The notes: generated by a model from the sequence alone, not told the origin. Counted from the stretch's first letter, positions 36,037-47,093 are shown. The stretch is 64,000 bases of DNA from Bacteroidota bacterium (GCA_037134895.1 JBAXLI010000015.1:2875-66874), one strand, 5' to 3'. Numbers and translations are program-made.

Positions 36037-38385
36037 ATGATAAAGAGTTATTTTAAAACAGCAATTGCCCATCTTTTCAGGAATAAAACCTATTCTTTGA
36101 TAAGCATTCTGAGCTTGACCATCGGATTGGCGGTTTGCATCCTGCTTTTATTGTACATCAGGATTGAACTAAGCTTCGACAGGTTCAATAAAAATGCAGA
36201 CAATATTTACAGGTTGTGCAATCCCGAACATCCTTGCCATTCACCCCAGACCGCGAAATTCCTGGCCGATAATATCCCTGAAATAAAAGGATATACAAGG
36301 ATCTTACCCCGGGTAAATGAAATTGTCGCATACAAGGATAAGAGGTTCAAGGAAAACCGGGTTGCTTTTAGCGATGCAGCTTTCTTCAGTATCTTCTCTT
36401 TTAAATTCAGACAGGGAAATCCGGAAAACGCTTTAAATCTGCCTTTCACCATCGTAATTTCTGAAAAGACCGCACATAAATATTTTGGAAACGAAGACCC
36501 GATAGGTAAGGTGCTGAAACTGAATAATGAATCCAATTATACCATAACGGGCGTAATGGACGACATGCCAGGGAATTCACATTTCTGTTACGACATGATC
36601 CTGACTCTTGCAGGCACCGATAAAGAAGAAGGAATGGACAACTGGGGATGGCAGAACTTCCTGATCTATTTTCTGTTTCCTGACCACTTCTCCAAAACTG
36701 TAGTGGAAGCAAAATGCAACAGCTTAATGAAAACCGTTAAAGACCCGAATAATCTTCCTTCTCAATATTCCCTGCAACCACTGAATGACATACACCTCTA
36801 TTCCTCTCATTTCAAGACTGACATCCAACCCCAGAACAGCATTTTATACGTCCTGATTTTTTCAGCAATTGCTTTCCTGGTCCTGCTCATTTCCTGCTTC
36901 AATTATATCAACCTGTTTACTGCCAGTACCACCACAAGAGTTGTGGAGATCGGCATGAGGAAAGCTTGCGGCGCATCACGCAAACAGCTCGCAGCACAAT
37001 ATATTTTCGAATCTTTTTTAATGGTTGTTGTCTCGTTTATTCTGTCACTTCTTGTTGTAGTTCTTAGTTTGCCTGTATTCAATGAGCTGTCGGGTAAAGA
37101 CCTCTCAATCCTCGCACTGATCGACGCTAAAACAATCTGGGGTATTTTCGGGATCCTGCTGCTCGTAGGGATTCTCGCAGGATGGTATCCCGCTTTTGTG
37201 CTTTCATCGTATAATCCCGTCAGGGTGTTTCAATCGTCCAAAACCACCAGGGAGCAGAAATTTCAATTCAGGAAGATCCTGGTAGGCGCCCAATTTACGA
37301 TCGTCATTGTCCTGATAACCATTTCAATTGTCATGTTCCGGCAGATAAGGTTCCTCCAATACGGAAACCTGGGATTCGACAAGGAATATGTCCTGGTATC
37401 CGAAGTCGGGAGCTTTGGGAATGAAGGAAAATACCTGACCCTGAAACGGGCGCTTCTTGACCAGGCTTCAGTGCTCAGCGTTTCGGCAGCCAGCCGTGTT
37501 CCTTCGGAAGGCCTGAACAATATCGGTGCGGTCAAACTCCAAGGACAAAAAACCGCTTCAAAGATTCCCTATGTCCATGTTCATTTCGATTATTTTAACA
37601 CATTGAACATTAAAGCTATAAAAGGACGATTATTCTCAAATGCATATAAAACAGATACCAGCCAGGCTCTGATTCTGAATGAAGCTGCGGTGAAAAGCCT
37701 GGGAATACAGGGAGATCCAATCGGGCAGTCGGTAAAATGCAACTGGCCAAGGTCTGAAAGGAAGATTATAGGAATTGTTGGCGATTTTCACTTCGAATCT
37801 CTGTATGAAAAGATCAAGCCCGCTGTTTTTGTGATAGATTTCAATGAATGCTGGGAGCTTATGGTCAAAGTGCAGCGGTCCAATATACCAAGCTCCATCA
37901 GTAAAATAAATGAGATCTGTAAGACCGTTTACCCCGACCATGTATTTGATTTTCATTTGTTGGACAAGCAACTTGAGCAGCTCTATCAATCCGATGAAAA
38001 GAGATTTCACCTGATGGGATATTTTACAGTGCTGGCAATTGTTCTTGCCTGTATGGGACTATTTGCGATGGCTTCTTTTATCATCACAAGCCGTACGAAG
38101 GAAATCGGGATACGAAAAGTCAACGGTGCAACTGTTCCTCAAATAATGCAGATGCTGAATTTAAGTTTTATTAAATGGATAGGCATCGCATTTGTAATTG
38201 CAAGTCCGGTTGCCTGGTATGTCATGTCCAGATGGCTCGGAGGCTTTGCCTACCGGACCAGCCTTTCGTGGTGGATTTTTGCAGTGACTGGGGTCATCAG
38301 CTATATTATAACAATGATTACCATCGGAATCCAGTCATACATGGCTGCAACGGTAAACCCGGTGAAAACACTTAAAACGGAATAA
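36037..38385 (+). CDS. MacB-like ABC permease, double FtsX (paralog 4, 782 aa)
   Basis: The N-terminus is MIKSYFKTAIAHLFRNKTYSLISILSLTIG...ELSFDRF. The motifs are TTRVVEIGMRKACGASR and SRTKEIGIRKVNGAT. The C-terminus is VNPVKTLKTE. Confidence 0.9.
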   Translation: MIKSYFKTAIAHLFRNKTYSLISILSLTIGLAVCILLLLYIRIELSFDRFNKNADNIYRLCNPEHPCHSPQTAKFLADNIPEIKGYTRILPRVNEIVAYKDKRFKENRVAFSDAAFFSIFSFKFRQGNPENALNLPFTIVISEKTAHKYFGNEDPIGKVLKLNNESNYTITGVMDDMPGNSHFCYDMILTLAGTDKEEGMDNWGWQNFLIYFLFPDHFSKTVVEAKCNSLMKTVKDPNNLPSQYSLQPLNDIHLYSSHFKTDIQPQNSILYVLIFSAIAFLVLLISCFNYINLFTASTTTRVVEIGMRKACGASRKQLAAQYIFESFLMVVVSFILSLLVVVLSLPVFNELSGKDLSILALIDAKTIWGIFGILLLVGILAGWYPAFVLSSYNPVRVFQSSKTTREQKFQFRKILVGAQFTIVIVLITISIVMFRQIRFLQYGNLGFDKEYVLVSEVGSFGNEGKYLTLKRALLDQASVLSVSAASRVPSEGLNNIGAVKLQGQKTASKIPYVHVHFDYFNTLNIKAIKGRLFSNAYKTDTSQALILNEAAVKSLGIQGDPIGQSVKCNWPRSERKIIGIVGDFHFESLYEKIKPAVFVIDFNECWELMVKVQRSNIPSSISKINEICKTVYPDHVFDFHLLDKQLEQLYQSDEKRFHLMGYFTVLAIVLACMGLFAMASFIITSRTKEIGIRKVNGATVPQIMQMLNLSFIKWIGIAFVIASPVAWYVMSRWLGGFAYRTSLSWWIFAVTGVISYIITMITIGIQSYMAATVNPVKTLKTE

Positions 38386-38419
38386 CGTTTTCCAAATTCA
38401 ATACAGGAAGTAAACCAAT

Positions 38420-40774
38420 ATGAATGATTTAAAATTTGTCCTGAGGATTTTAAGACGCAACCCGTTCATGCTTATTACAAACGTGACAGGGCTTGCAGTG
38501 GCATTGACCACTGTGATCTTCACTCTCACATACATTCGCTATGAGCTGAGTTATGACAGGCATTTTAAAACCAGTGACAGGGTTGTAAGACTGTACAGCC
38601 GGGTTACCGATAATACGAGAACCGAAGTATATGGCATCACCTTGCGCACAGCTTATACACAGCTTCCCGGGAGAGTTCCCGAAATTGAGTCAGCCGTTCA
38701 GTTGTATGGATTTAATCAGACTTCAGTTCAAACAAAAGAAAACAAAATTCAAAAAATCAGGATGTTCTATGCTGATCCTGAATTTTTTAAAGTATTCGGA
38801 CTTTCACTGAAAGCCGGCGATGATAAAACCGCATTGCTTGGAAGTAAAAGTGCGGTGATCTCGACTTCTGTTGCAGAAAAACTGTTCCACACGACCAACT
38901 GCATTGGAAAGGAAATTGAATCGGACGGTGAACATGTGCTGATTACAGGGATAATGGATGAAATTCCGAAAAACTCTCATCTGAGTGTCGATCTGTTGAT
39001 TTCCCTGTCAACCCTTAATATGAAATGGCTTGGGTCCTCTCTTGAATTTCAAACATACTATTTGCTAAAACCGAATATTGATTCAAAGGCTGCAGGCGCT
39101 AAGATTGCCAGTGCATATAATTCACTTATGCAGGACTGGGCCAGGACCTTTTACGCAAAGGTGCAATCGGGGGTTGAGCCACTGACCGATCTGTACCTTC
39201 ATTCTGTCGCAAAGGACTATATCCCGACCCATGGGAGCACGAAACAAATGCTGATCGTGGGATTGATCGCCTTGTTTGTCCTTCTCACGGCATTGCTCAG
39301 CTATATTAACCTGTTTATCATCCAGGGCGAAAAACGCATTACCGAAATATCAACCCGCACCATGTTCGGAGCCACAAAGGCAAGCATCGCCAAACTGTTT
39401 TTTCTGGAAACACTCATTGTCTTTCTTTTTTCAGCCATATTAGCATTTATGGTCATCTTTAAATCGATGCCATTCCTTTCGACTTTGTTGCAGTCGAAAG
39501 TTGATCTTTCGGATTTGTTTTCTGCAGGAGGTATTATTTCCTGCGCTATTTTGCTGGCAGTGCTTCTGGTGATTACATCCGGTTATCCAGTCCTTTATCT
39601 CTCCAGGATGAAATACGCACTGGGATTGAGGGGAAAAATCTCAAGTACAGGAAATAATAACTGGCTTTCTGCAGCCTCGGTATTGGTGCAGTTTACAGTA
39701 GCCTCGTTTTTTATCAGCTGTGTCGTAATTATATTGTCGCAACTGGCATATATGCACGAAATACCGATGGGATTCGACAAGAATAATGTCATCACTGTCA
39801 GCAATTGCAGCATGCCTGTATCCAGGAAGTATGAAAGCATTAAAACGGAATTGTTGAAACTGCCTTTCATTACTGCTGTTTGCGGAGGGGAGCATTTTAT
39901 GGGCGGCGGTTGCAGCGGACAGAGCATTAGAACCATGGCTGAGGGGGAAAGCAGCGACAAAGCCATCAATGAATACCGTGAAAAACCCGGTTTTGGAGAA
40001 CTCATGCAGTTTAAGCTGGTCGATGGGAGGTTTTTTCGCCAATCAATGGCCGACAGCCAGGCTGTTGTTTTAAACGAATCGGCAATCAGGTACCTGGGAA
40101 TAAAACCAAAAGCCGGACAAACAATCCTTTATAAGGATGAACCGGTTGAACTAATTGGTATAGTAAAGGATTTTTATTATATGAGCAATCCAGGCGAACC
40201 AATTGCTCCCCTTGTTATCGCGAATTGTTTCTGGGGAACTCCGAACATTTACATCCGCAGTAATAATAAATTGACAGGAAGTCAGCTGATGCAGATCAAA
40301 TCGGTTTTCCATCGCTTTGATGAGAATTTTATTTTCAACTATAATTTACTGGCGGATATCTTTGACGGGATGTACAGAAAAGAAAACCGGCTTGCTGAAT
40401 TGGTTTCCCTTGGCGGAGCTGAAGTGGTTTTCATCAGCCTGATCAGTTTACTGGCCCTGACCGTTCTGAAAATTTCGCGCCGTACCAGGGAAATCGGGAT
40501 CCGAAAAGTGAACGGGAGTTCAGTAAGCCGGATAATCGCTGTTTTGTTCAAGGATATCCTGGTCATTGTGGTCGTCGCAATTATCATTGCTTCAGCAGGC
40601 TCTTATATTGTCATGAGCCGATGGCTTTCAGATTATGTCCAACGTATCCTGCTGCACCCGGGATATTTTTTAGTTAGCGCTTTGTTTGTATTGGCGATAG
40701 CCGTTATTGCCACAACATGGCAGGCCTGGAAAGCAGCTACACAAAACCCGGTAGAAGCATTAAAGCATGAATGA
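38420..40774 (+). CDS. MacB-like ABC permease, double FtsX (paralog 5, 784 aa; most divergent first FtsX loop)
   Basis: The N-terminus is ...NPFMLITNVTGLAVALTTVIFTLTYIRYELSYDRHF. The first loop, GEKRITEISTRTMFGATK, is degenerate. The second is RRTREIGIRKVNGSS. The C-terminus is QNPVEALKHE. Confidence 0.85.
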   Translation: MNDLKFVLRILRRNPFMLITNVTGLAVALTTVIFTLTYIRYELSYDRHFKTSDRVVRLYSRVTDNTRTEVYGITLRTAYTQLPGRVPEIESAVQLYGFNQTSVQTKENKIQKIRMFYADPEFFKVFGLSLKAGDDKTALLGSKSAVISTSVAEKLFHTTNCIGKEIESDGEHVLITGIMDEIPKNSHLSVDLLISLSTLNMKWLGSSLEFQTYYLLKPNIDSKAAGAKIASAYNSLMQDWARTFYAKVQSGVEPLTDLYLHSVAKDYIPTHGSTKQMLIVGLIALFVLLTALLSYINLFIIQGEKRITEISTRTMFGATKASIAKLFFLETLIVFLFSAILAFMVIFKSMPFLSTLLQSKVDLSDLFSAGGIISCAILLAVLLVITSGYPVLYLSRMKYALGLRGKISSTGNNNWLSAASVLVQFTVASFFISCVVIILSQLAYMHEIPMGFDKNNVITVSNCSMPVSRKYESIKTELLKLPFITAVCGGEHFMGGGCSGQSIRTMAEGESSDKAINEYREKPGFGELMQFKLVDGRFFRQSMADSQAVVLNESAIRYLGIKPKAGQTILYKDEPVELIGIVKDFYYMSNPGEPIAPLVIANCFWGTPNIYIRSNNKLTGSQLMQIKSVFHRFDENFIFNYNLLADIFDGMYRKENRLAELVSLGGAEVVFISLISLLALTVLKISRRTREIGIRKVNGSSVSRIIAVLFKDILVIVVVAIIIASAGSYIVMSRWLSDYVQRILLHPGYFLVSALFVLAIAVIATTWQAWKAATQNPVEALKHE

Positions 40775-40787
40775 ATAATACTTTATT

Positions 40788-42344
40788 ATGACCAGCAAAT
40801 TAAGATTACCTGCCATCATGCTTTTTTCCTGGGTGTTGATACCGCTCTTCTCCTGCCAGGGAAACCGATTGAAAACCGATGAAAGGAAACTTGCAGAAGA
40901 CATGCTTGGAAAAGAAAAGGAGGCAGAGGAGGCTGAACGAAAGTCTGGCGAACAAAGGCTTTCAGATACCCTCAGAAAACTGCCCCCGGGATTCAGATTC
41001 AAAGAGGAGCGTAAGGCCGACCCGTCCAAGCCTCCTGTTGTGATTGATATTGCAGGAAGCCTTGGTAATATAAGGGAATTCAAGCTTTCAGATGTAGCCT
41101 CAAAAATAACTTACATCAGGATCCAGAAAGTTCCCGATACCGGCTTTGCAAGGGCAATGAAGTTCAAGTACTGCCTGATGGAAAAGAATATCGTTGCAGT
41201 AAATCCATCAGGCATACTGCTCTTCACAAGGGATGGGAAATTCATCAGTACGATCGTAAAAAATGAATTTACAGGCATTGAAGTCACATCGAAGATGATG
41301 GTAGTAAGGGCCGATAACACATTTATCGGGGGAGGGAATTCGGTTTGGGCGCAGGGCAATAACCTCTATTATAAATACAGGAATTCTCTTACCGGGCAAT
41401 CTTATATCATGGAGTACGATTGTTCCCAGGTTCCCATCAGCCTCAACACCGCGTTTGATCCTGAGAAACCCCGTCAGATCAGGGCCCTGGGCAATATTGC
41501 CGTTGATCTCAACCCGGGAAGCAAGTCTCCCCCGAAGAAAGGCCCTTCAAATGGGATGTGGAGCGCAGGATCAGATTATTTGTATAAAACCGTTGGAGCT
41601 TTCATGCTTGATAAAAATACCTACTCCCGGCAGCTTGGAGATATGTTTAATCTTAAAAGCAACTACATGCTGGGAATTTTTAATACAAGGGGCGATACAC
41701 TTACAACTTTCACCCAGTTTGAAAAACTCCAGTCTTTTAACAAAAGCCTGATGCGAAACACCGACGGGGGTGAACAATACGAACAAAACGGGAAGCTCTT
41801 CTTCCGGAATGCGTTTAATGATACGGTATTCAGGGTGATTCCCCCCAACCGGCTGATGCCTGTGTATGTTCTGAATCTCGGCAAATTCAAGCTTTCTAAA
41901 AAAGAAGGACTTGACCCTGATTTCAATCTCAATGGAAAGATCATCCCCCAAAGCTGGGCCGAGGGCAGGAACTATGTTTTTATAACATTTTCAAAAGACA
42001 GCTATGATTGCTTCAATACAAGAAAAAGCAAACAACTGAAAACCTATTTTGCCCTGTTTGAAAAAGCAAGCCGCAAACTGTACATTGTGAAAGGTGATCC
42101 GCATAACTATGAGGAGGAAATCCTGCTGAACAATATTGATGGCGGATTGCCGGTTTGGCCCTCCGCATATATGATCGGAAATAACGGCGAGATCATGGTT
42201 TCACTTAAGGGAAGTGACCTGAAAGCAAGGGTCAGGTCGGATCAGTTCAAAAGATCAGCAGCCCCTGCCAGTAAAAAAAATGAATTAAAGAAACTTGCTG
42301 ACTCTGTATCTGATTCAGAAGATATCCTGATGATCGTTGAATAA
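40788..42344 (+). CDS. Lipoprotein, probably six-bladed beta-propeller-like (BF3164/DUF4934-like), embedded in the permease array
   Basis: The lipoprotein signal is MTSKLRLPAIMLFSWVLIPLFSC. A charged low-complexity linker (KEKEAEEAERKSGEQ) follows. The segment KITYIRIQKVPDTGFARAMKFKYCLMEKNIVAVNPSGILLFTRDGKFISTI resembles the first blade of Bacteroidota 6-bladed propeller lipoproteins. The family call is by pattern only. Confidence 0.45.
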   Translation: MTSKLRLPAIMLFSWVLIPLFSCQGNRLKTDERKLAEDMLGKEKEAEEAERKSGEQRLSDTLRKLPPGFRFKEERKADPSKPPVVIDIAGSLGNIREFKLSDVASKITYIRIQKVPDTGFARAMKFKYCLMEKNIVAVNPSGILLFTRDGKFISTIVKNEFTGIEVTSKMMVVRADNTFIGGGNSVWAQGNNLYYKYRNSLTGQSYIMEYDCSQVPISLNTAFDPEKPRQIRALGNIAVDLNPGSKSPPKKGPSNGMWSAGSDYLYKTVGAFMLDKNTYSRQLGDMFNLKSNYMLGIFNTRGDTLTTFTQFEKLQSFNKSLMRNTDGGEQYEQNGKLFFRNAFNDTVFRVIPPNRLMPVYVLNLGKFKLSKKEGLDPDFNLNGKIIPQSWAEGRNYVFITFSKDSYDCFNTRKSKQLKTYFALFEKASRKLYIVKGDPHNYEEEILLNNIDGGLPVWPSAYMIGNNGEIMVSLKGSDLKARVRSDQFKRSAAPASKKNELKKLADSVSDSEDILMIVE

Positions 42345-42354
42345 TTATTGACCC

Positions 42355-44751
42355 ATGATCTGGCAACTGAAAGTACTGACCCGGAATTTCATCAATAAAC
42401 CTGTTTATTCCTTTATCACGTTTATGGGGTTCACGATTGGCGTGATGGCCAGCTTATTGATCTATTTGTGGGTTTACAACGAACTCAGTTACGAAAAATT
42501 CCATCCTGATCATGATAGGATATACAGGGTGCTCACCCTGGTAAGAGAGGGAGATGAAATTGTGAAATCGGCGGGTTGCTACCGTCCTTTGGCCAAAACC
42601 CTGAAGGCTTCGTTTCCACAGATCGAAAATGCCACATACCTTAGTTTTGATTCGGAAGATTCCCCTTTGTCGGTTGAAAAAGGAGGTGATAAAATTGAAG
42701 CCCGCGGACTGACTACCAACGATGATTTATTTGCTGTTTTCGGCGGATTTGCATTCATCGAAGGCACTCCTGAAAAGGCATTTTTGAACCCCTCAAATAT
42801 TGTGCTTTCTGAAGATGTTGCGAAAAAGCTTTTCGGGAATAAGCCAGCCCTTGGCAAAACGGTCATCAGTGATAAATATGACAAAGAGGTCTACACAGTA
42901 AGTGGTGTTGTGAGGATCCCCCGCCAAAGCCATATAGCCTTCGGGTTTATCCTTCCCGAAAGAAGCCGTCATTATGCAAGGTTTGCAAATGACTGGAGTG
43001 ACAAGGCTCATGTTCGCGTATATATTAAGCTAACAGAAAATGCAGTTATAGATGAGAAATTCCTCGGGGAGATCACCAATCATCTCAGCCGTGTTTCCCG
43101 GTTTCCCGATAAGCTTCTTTTTCAGCCTCTGACCGATATTCACCTTCATACCGATTACCCTACTTACTTCTATGACAAAAATATCAGCAGTTACAAATAT
43201 ATCGTGATATTTTCCTCCCTGGCATTCCTGATCATACTAATGGCGGCTCTTAATTTTTCAGTACTGTCGGTAGCAAGGTCTTCGGAGCGATCGACGGAAA
43301 TTGGTCTTAAAAAGGTCTGCGGAGCCGAACGCACAGAAATCACAATTCAGTTTATGGCAGAATCCATGCTGCAAACATTCGGTGCCACTGTACTTGCACT
43401 CTTCCTCATCTGGCTCATCCTTCCCTGGTTCAACGGATTTACCGGGCAGGATCTAAGCCTGCGTTTTTCATTCGGATTTCTTCTCACGTTGTTCATGTTA
43501 ACAATATTGGCAGGGGTTGTTGCAGGTATTTATCCATCCTTGTATCTTTCTTCCTTAAAACCTTTGAATATCTTCAGGGGAGGGAGCCAGACCGGATCCA
43601 AAGAGGGATTTACCCGTTTACTGGTCGTTTTCCAATTCGGCATAGCAGCCTTCTTCATCATAGCCGCAACAGTCTTTGTAAAACAGCTGAACTACATCAA
43701 TGGCAAGGACCTGGGGTTCGACAGGAATAACATAGTAGTTGTCCCCACAGGACTCTGGTATGAAAACAAAACTTTTAAAAATGAACTCCTCCGGAACCCG
43801 AACATCCTGAGTGTTTCAGCAACCACTTACGCTCCTGTTGACTTTGAATGGCAAAGTACATTTGCTGTGGAGCATGGTAACCGGATTGACAGCATAAGGG
43901 CTTCAATGTTTTGGGTGGATGAGGATTTTGCTAAAACATACCGGCTACAGGTAACCAAAGGACAGTTCCTGCAGATGGATTATGATGCTTTCTGGAAAAC
44001 CACGGAAAAGGATACCGCGAAAAAAGCACCTGGCAGCAGCGGCTTTTCTTTACCTGTCGTCATCAATGAAGCTGCCGAAAAAGCGCTGAGGTTTGAAAAC
44101 CCCATAGGGCAAAAAATAGGTGAGTACGTGATTGTTGGTGTAGTAAAGGACTTTAACTTTCGTCCCCTTCAGTATGCAATAGGGCCATTGATTATGACTA
44201 ATGACCCACAGAACATCATGACCATGAATATCAGGATTTCGGATAAAAATAAAGGGGAAACCCTTAAATTCATCCGCGATACATACAGGAAAAACAGGGA
44301 TTCCAGGAGCTTTTCATACAGCTATTTTGATGAGCTTATGTCACAGAAGTACCAGGATGAGATCCGTTTGAGAAACCTTACGCTGGTGTTTTCATTCCTT
44401 GCGATCATTATCTCGATGCTTGGAATACTTGGGATGGCAGTTTTTTCTTGTGAAAGGCGTACAAGGGAGATCGGCATCCGCAAGGTAAACGGGGCATCCG
44501 CAATCCAGATGGTATTCATGCTGAACAGGGATTTCCTCAAATGGGTTGCGATTGCCGTAATCATTGCCAGTCCGGTCGCATGGATTGTCCTTAACCGCTG
44601 GCTTGAAGGATTTGCCTACAGAACAGCCCTGAGCTGGTGGATCTTTGTTCTTGCAGCCATCTCCTCAATCGCCATAGCCATCACGGCGATCAGCTGGCAA
44701 ACCATCAGGGTAGCAACAGGAAATCCTGTCAATGCCTTGAGAAATGAATAA
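42355..44751 (+). CDS. MacB-like ABC permease, double FtsX (paralog 6, 798 aa)
   Basis: The N-terminus is ...KPVYSFITFMGFTIGVMASLLIYLWVYNELSYEKF. The motifs are ERSTEIGLKKVCGAER and RRTREIGIRKVNGAS. The C-terminus is GNPVNALRNE. Confidence 0.9.
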   Translation: MIWQLKVLTRNFINKPVYSFITFMGFTIGVMASLLIYLWVYNELSYEKFHPDHDRIYRVLTLVREGDEIVKSAGCYRPLAKTLKASFPQIENATYLSFDSEDSPLSVEKGGDKIEARGLTTNDDLFAVFGGFAFIEGTPEKAFLNPSNIVLSEDVAKKLFGNKPALGKTVISDKYDKEVYTVSGVVRIPRQSHIAFGFILPERSRHYARFANDWSDKAHVRVYIKLTENAVIDEKFLGEITNHLSRVSRFPDKLLFQPLTDIHLHTDYPTYFYDKNISSYKYIVIFSSLAFLIILMAALNFSVLSVARSSERSTEIGLKKVCGAERTEITIQFMAESMLQTFGATVLALFLIWLILPWFNGFTGQDLSLRFSFGFLLTLFMLTILAGVVAGIYPSLYLSSLKPLNIFRGGSQTGSKEGFTRLLVVFQFGIAAFFIIAATVFVKQLNYINGKDLGFDRNNIVVVPTGLWYENKTFKNELLRNPNILSVSATTYAPVDFEWQSTFAVEHGNRIDSIRASMFWVDEDFAKTYRLQVTKGQFLQMDYDAFWKTTEKDTAKKAPGSSGFSLPVVINEAAEKALRFENPIGQKIGEYVIVGVVKDFNFRPLQYAIGPLIMTNDPQNIMTMNIRISDKNKGETLKFIRDTYRKNRDSRSFSYSYFDELMSQKYQDEIRLRNLTLVFSFLAIIISMLGILGMAVFSCERRTREIGIRKVNGASAIQMVFMLNRDFLKWVAIAVIIASPVAWIVLNRWLEGFAYRTALSWWIFVLAAISSIAIAITAISWQTIRVATGNPVNALRNE

Positions 44752-44777
44752 ATCAGAACCTCTAACAATCTGAAATT

Positions 44778-47093
44778 ATGTTCAGGCACATTTTAAAGAT
44801 CACGTTCAGGAATTACAGCAAGAACTTGTTGTTTACCCTGATCATAGTATTCGGACTGGCCGTAAGCATGTCGACGATACTGGTTATTTCAAGGTATGTT
44901 ATACGGGAATACAGTACCGATAAATTCCATAAAGAGTATGATAACCTGTTTCTTCTGCTGAACATTGCCTCTGATGGCAACAGTTCAACGGTAAAAGAGG
45001 ATTGGGCCGAAAAACTCAAATCAGGCTATCCCGAGGTCAAAGAATATTGCCGCATCGACAGGATTGAACTCGATATGGTAAATCAGCAAGGACCAGTCAG
45101 GATGAATAAAGTCTTGTCAACAGATCCCTCATTTTTCAAATTGTTTTCCTTCCCTCTCGTAAAAGGGGATACATCGGGGCCACTGAAAGATATCCAATCA
45201 ATAATTCTCACCGAAAGCACCGCTAAAAAGTTTTTTGGAAAGGAGGATCCGATCGGTAAAACGATCAGAGTAAAAATGGAGAAAGAAGAAAGCATATTAA
45301 CTGTAACTGCCTTAGCCAAAGACCCGCCGGCCGAGTCGAGGATACAGTTTGAAGCCCTTGTTTCATTTGAAAACAAATCATTCCATTTCAGGATGATGTC
45401 TTTCGGTAACCCGAACAAACCAGGCGGTTACACAACGATCTTTATGTGTGATATATACCTGCTCCTCCACAGTAAAGCAAACATCCCTCTTATCGATAAT
45501 AAGCTGAAGAAAGAATCCTATACATCTTCGAAGGAACATGATTTTTTTTTCTACCTGAAACTTCAACCTTATTCAGATCTGTATTTTGACAAGTCGGGGA
45601 GCGACAGTTTCAAACATGGCGACAAGATGATGCTGTTTGTGTTTTTATCACTCGCGGTGCTTCTGATATTGCTGGCCTGTATAAATTACATAAACCTAAG
45701 CACGATCAAGGCATTTTCGAGGGCCAGGGAGATCGCCCTGAAAAAAGTTTCGGGTGCTTCACGCCCCATGCTTGTAAGGCAATTCCTGTTTGAATCGGTG
45801 GGATTATCATGCATTGCTTTCGCTCTTGCCCTTGCCTTTTCAGGCTACATGGCAAATGCATTTGGGAAAATGGTGAATACCGAGGTGGATGTTTCCTGGT
45901 TTTATCACTTTCCGCAGGGTTTATGGATCTTCATGATCACGGTGGTTCTCGGCCTTATTTCAGGATATTATCCGGCCATGTATTTGTCAAAATTCAAAAC
46001 TTCGGAATTATTCAAAAGGCAGAGATTCAGCGGGAAATTCAGCTTGTTCCTTCCGAAAAACCTCTTCATTTTTCAGTTCACTATTGCAATCGCACTCATC
46101 ATATCAGCAATTGTCATAAAAAACCAGCTGAGGTTTATCAATGACAAGGATCTTGGATTTGACAAGAACCAATTGTTGCATATCAGTCTTCCATCGGATA
46201 TCAAACCATTTGCATTGAAAGAGGAATTGCTGAAATACCCTGGCATTTCAGGGGTAACTTTATCTTATGGAATTCCCGGCAACCTGGCTGCAACAGATGG
46301 GACAAACTGGTTTATGTTCATCGATTCTTCATTTATTTCAAGCTTTGACATTAAGCTTATAGAGGGAAGGAACGTTGCACCCGGGGATAAGAATGTATGC
46401 CTGGTAAACGAGACTTTGGTAAAGGCAAATAAGTGGGAAAATTACCGGGGAAAACTTCTGGGCAACAATGAAGTGATAGGTGTTGTAAAAGATTTTCACA
46501 CCAGTTCCCTGTACGAAAAAATTGTACCTCTCGAAATGGATTTCAATACATCCTATCTCTCTGATATGACAATCAGGCTTGAAGGTAAGAGCGTTACAGG
46601 GACTATTAATCTCATCAAATCATCCTGGAAAAAAATGGCCCCATATTCTCCTATGGAGTATTTCTTTTATGACGATTGGTTCGACAAGCAATACAGGAAA
46701 GAAGAAGCCTTCGGATCGCTGATCTCGGTATTCACCCTGATCGCAATAATAATCTCCTGCCTGGGTTTGTTCGGCCTTCTGGCATACCTGATAGAGAGAA
46801 GATCAAAAGAAATTGGCATACGGAAGATCAACGGGGCAAAAATTATTGAGATTATGGTCATGCTCAATAAAGACTTTGCCAGGTGGGTTGGTATTTCCTT
46901 TATCCTGGCCACTCCCATTGCCTGGTTTGTAATGCATAAGTGGCTTGAGAATTTTGCTTACAAAACAAAGCTTGACTGGTGGTTCTTTGCATTTGCAGGC
47001 ATCATCGCCTTGCTGATCGCTTTATTCACCGTGAGCTGGAAAAGCTGGTTTGCTGCAAGCCGCAACCCTGCTGAAGTCATCAGGGAAGAGTAA
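44778..47093 (+). CDS. MacB-like ABC permease, double FtsX (paralog 7, 771 aa)
   Basis: The N-terminus is MFRHILKITFRNYSKNLLFTLIIVFGLAVS. The motifs are SRAREIALKKVSGASR and RRSKEIGIRKINGAK. The C-terminus is RNPAEVIREE. Confidence 0.9.
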   Translation: MFRHILKITFRNYSKNLLFTLIIVFGLAVSMSTILVISRYVIREYSTDKFHKEYDNLFLLLNIASDGNSSTVKEDWAEKLKSGYPEVKEYCRIDRIELDMVNQQGPVRMNKVLSTDPSFFKLFSFPLVKGDTSGPLKDIQSIILTESTAKKFFGKEDPIGKTIRVKMEKEESILTVTALAKDPPAESRIQFEALVSFENKSFHFRMMSFGNPNKPGGYTTIFMCDIYLLLHSKANIPLIDNKLKKESYTSSKEHDFFFYLKLQPYSDLYFDKSGSDSFKHGDKMMLFVFLSLAVLLILLACINYINLSTIKAFSRAREIALKKVSGASRPMLVRQFLFESVGLSCIAFALALAFSGYMANAFGKMVNTEVDVSWFYHFPQGLWIFMITVVLGLISGYYPAMYLSKFKTSELFKRQRFSGKFSLFLPKNLFIFQFTIAIALIISAIVIKNQLRFINDKDLGFDKNQLLHISLPSDIKPFALKEELLKYPGISGVTLSYGIPGNLAATDGTNWFMFIDSSFISSFDIKLIEGRNVAPGDKNVCLVNETLVKANKWENYRGKLLGNNEVIGVVKDFHTSSLYEKIVPLEMDFNTSYLSDMTIRLEGKSVTGTINLIKSSWKKMAPYSPMEYFFYDDWFDKQYRKEEAFGSLISVFTLIAIIISCLGLFGLLAYLIERRSKEIGIRKINGAKIIEIMVMLNKDFARWVGISFILATPIAWFVMHKWLENFAYKTKLDWWFFAFAGIIALLIALFTVSWKSWFAASRNPAEVIREE

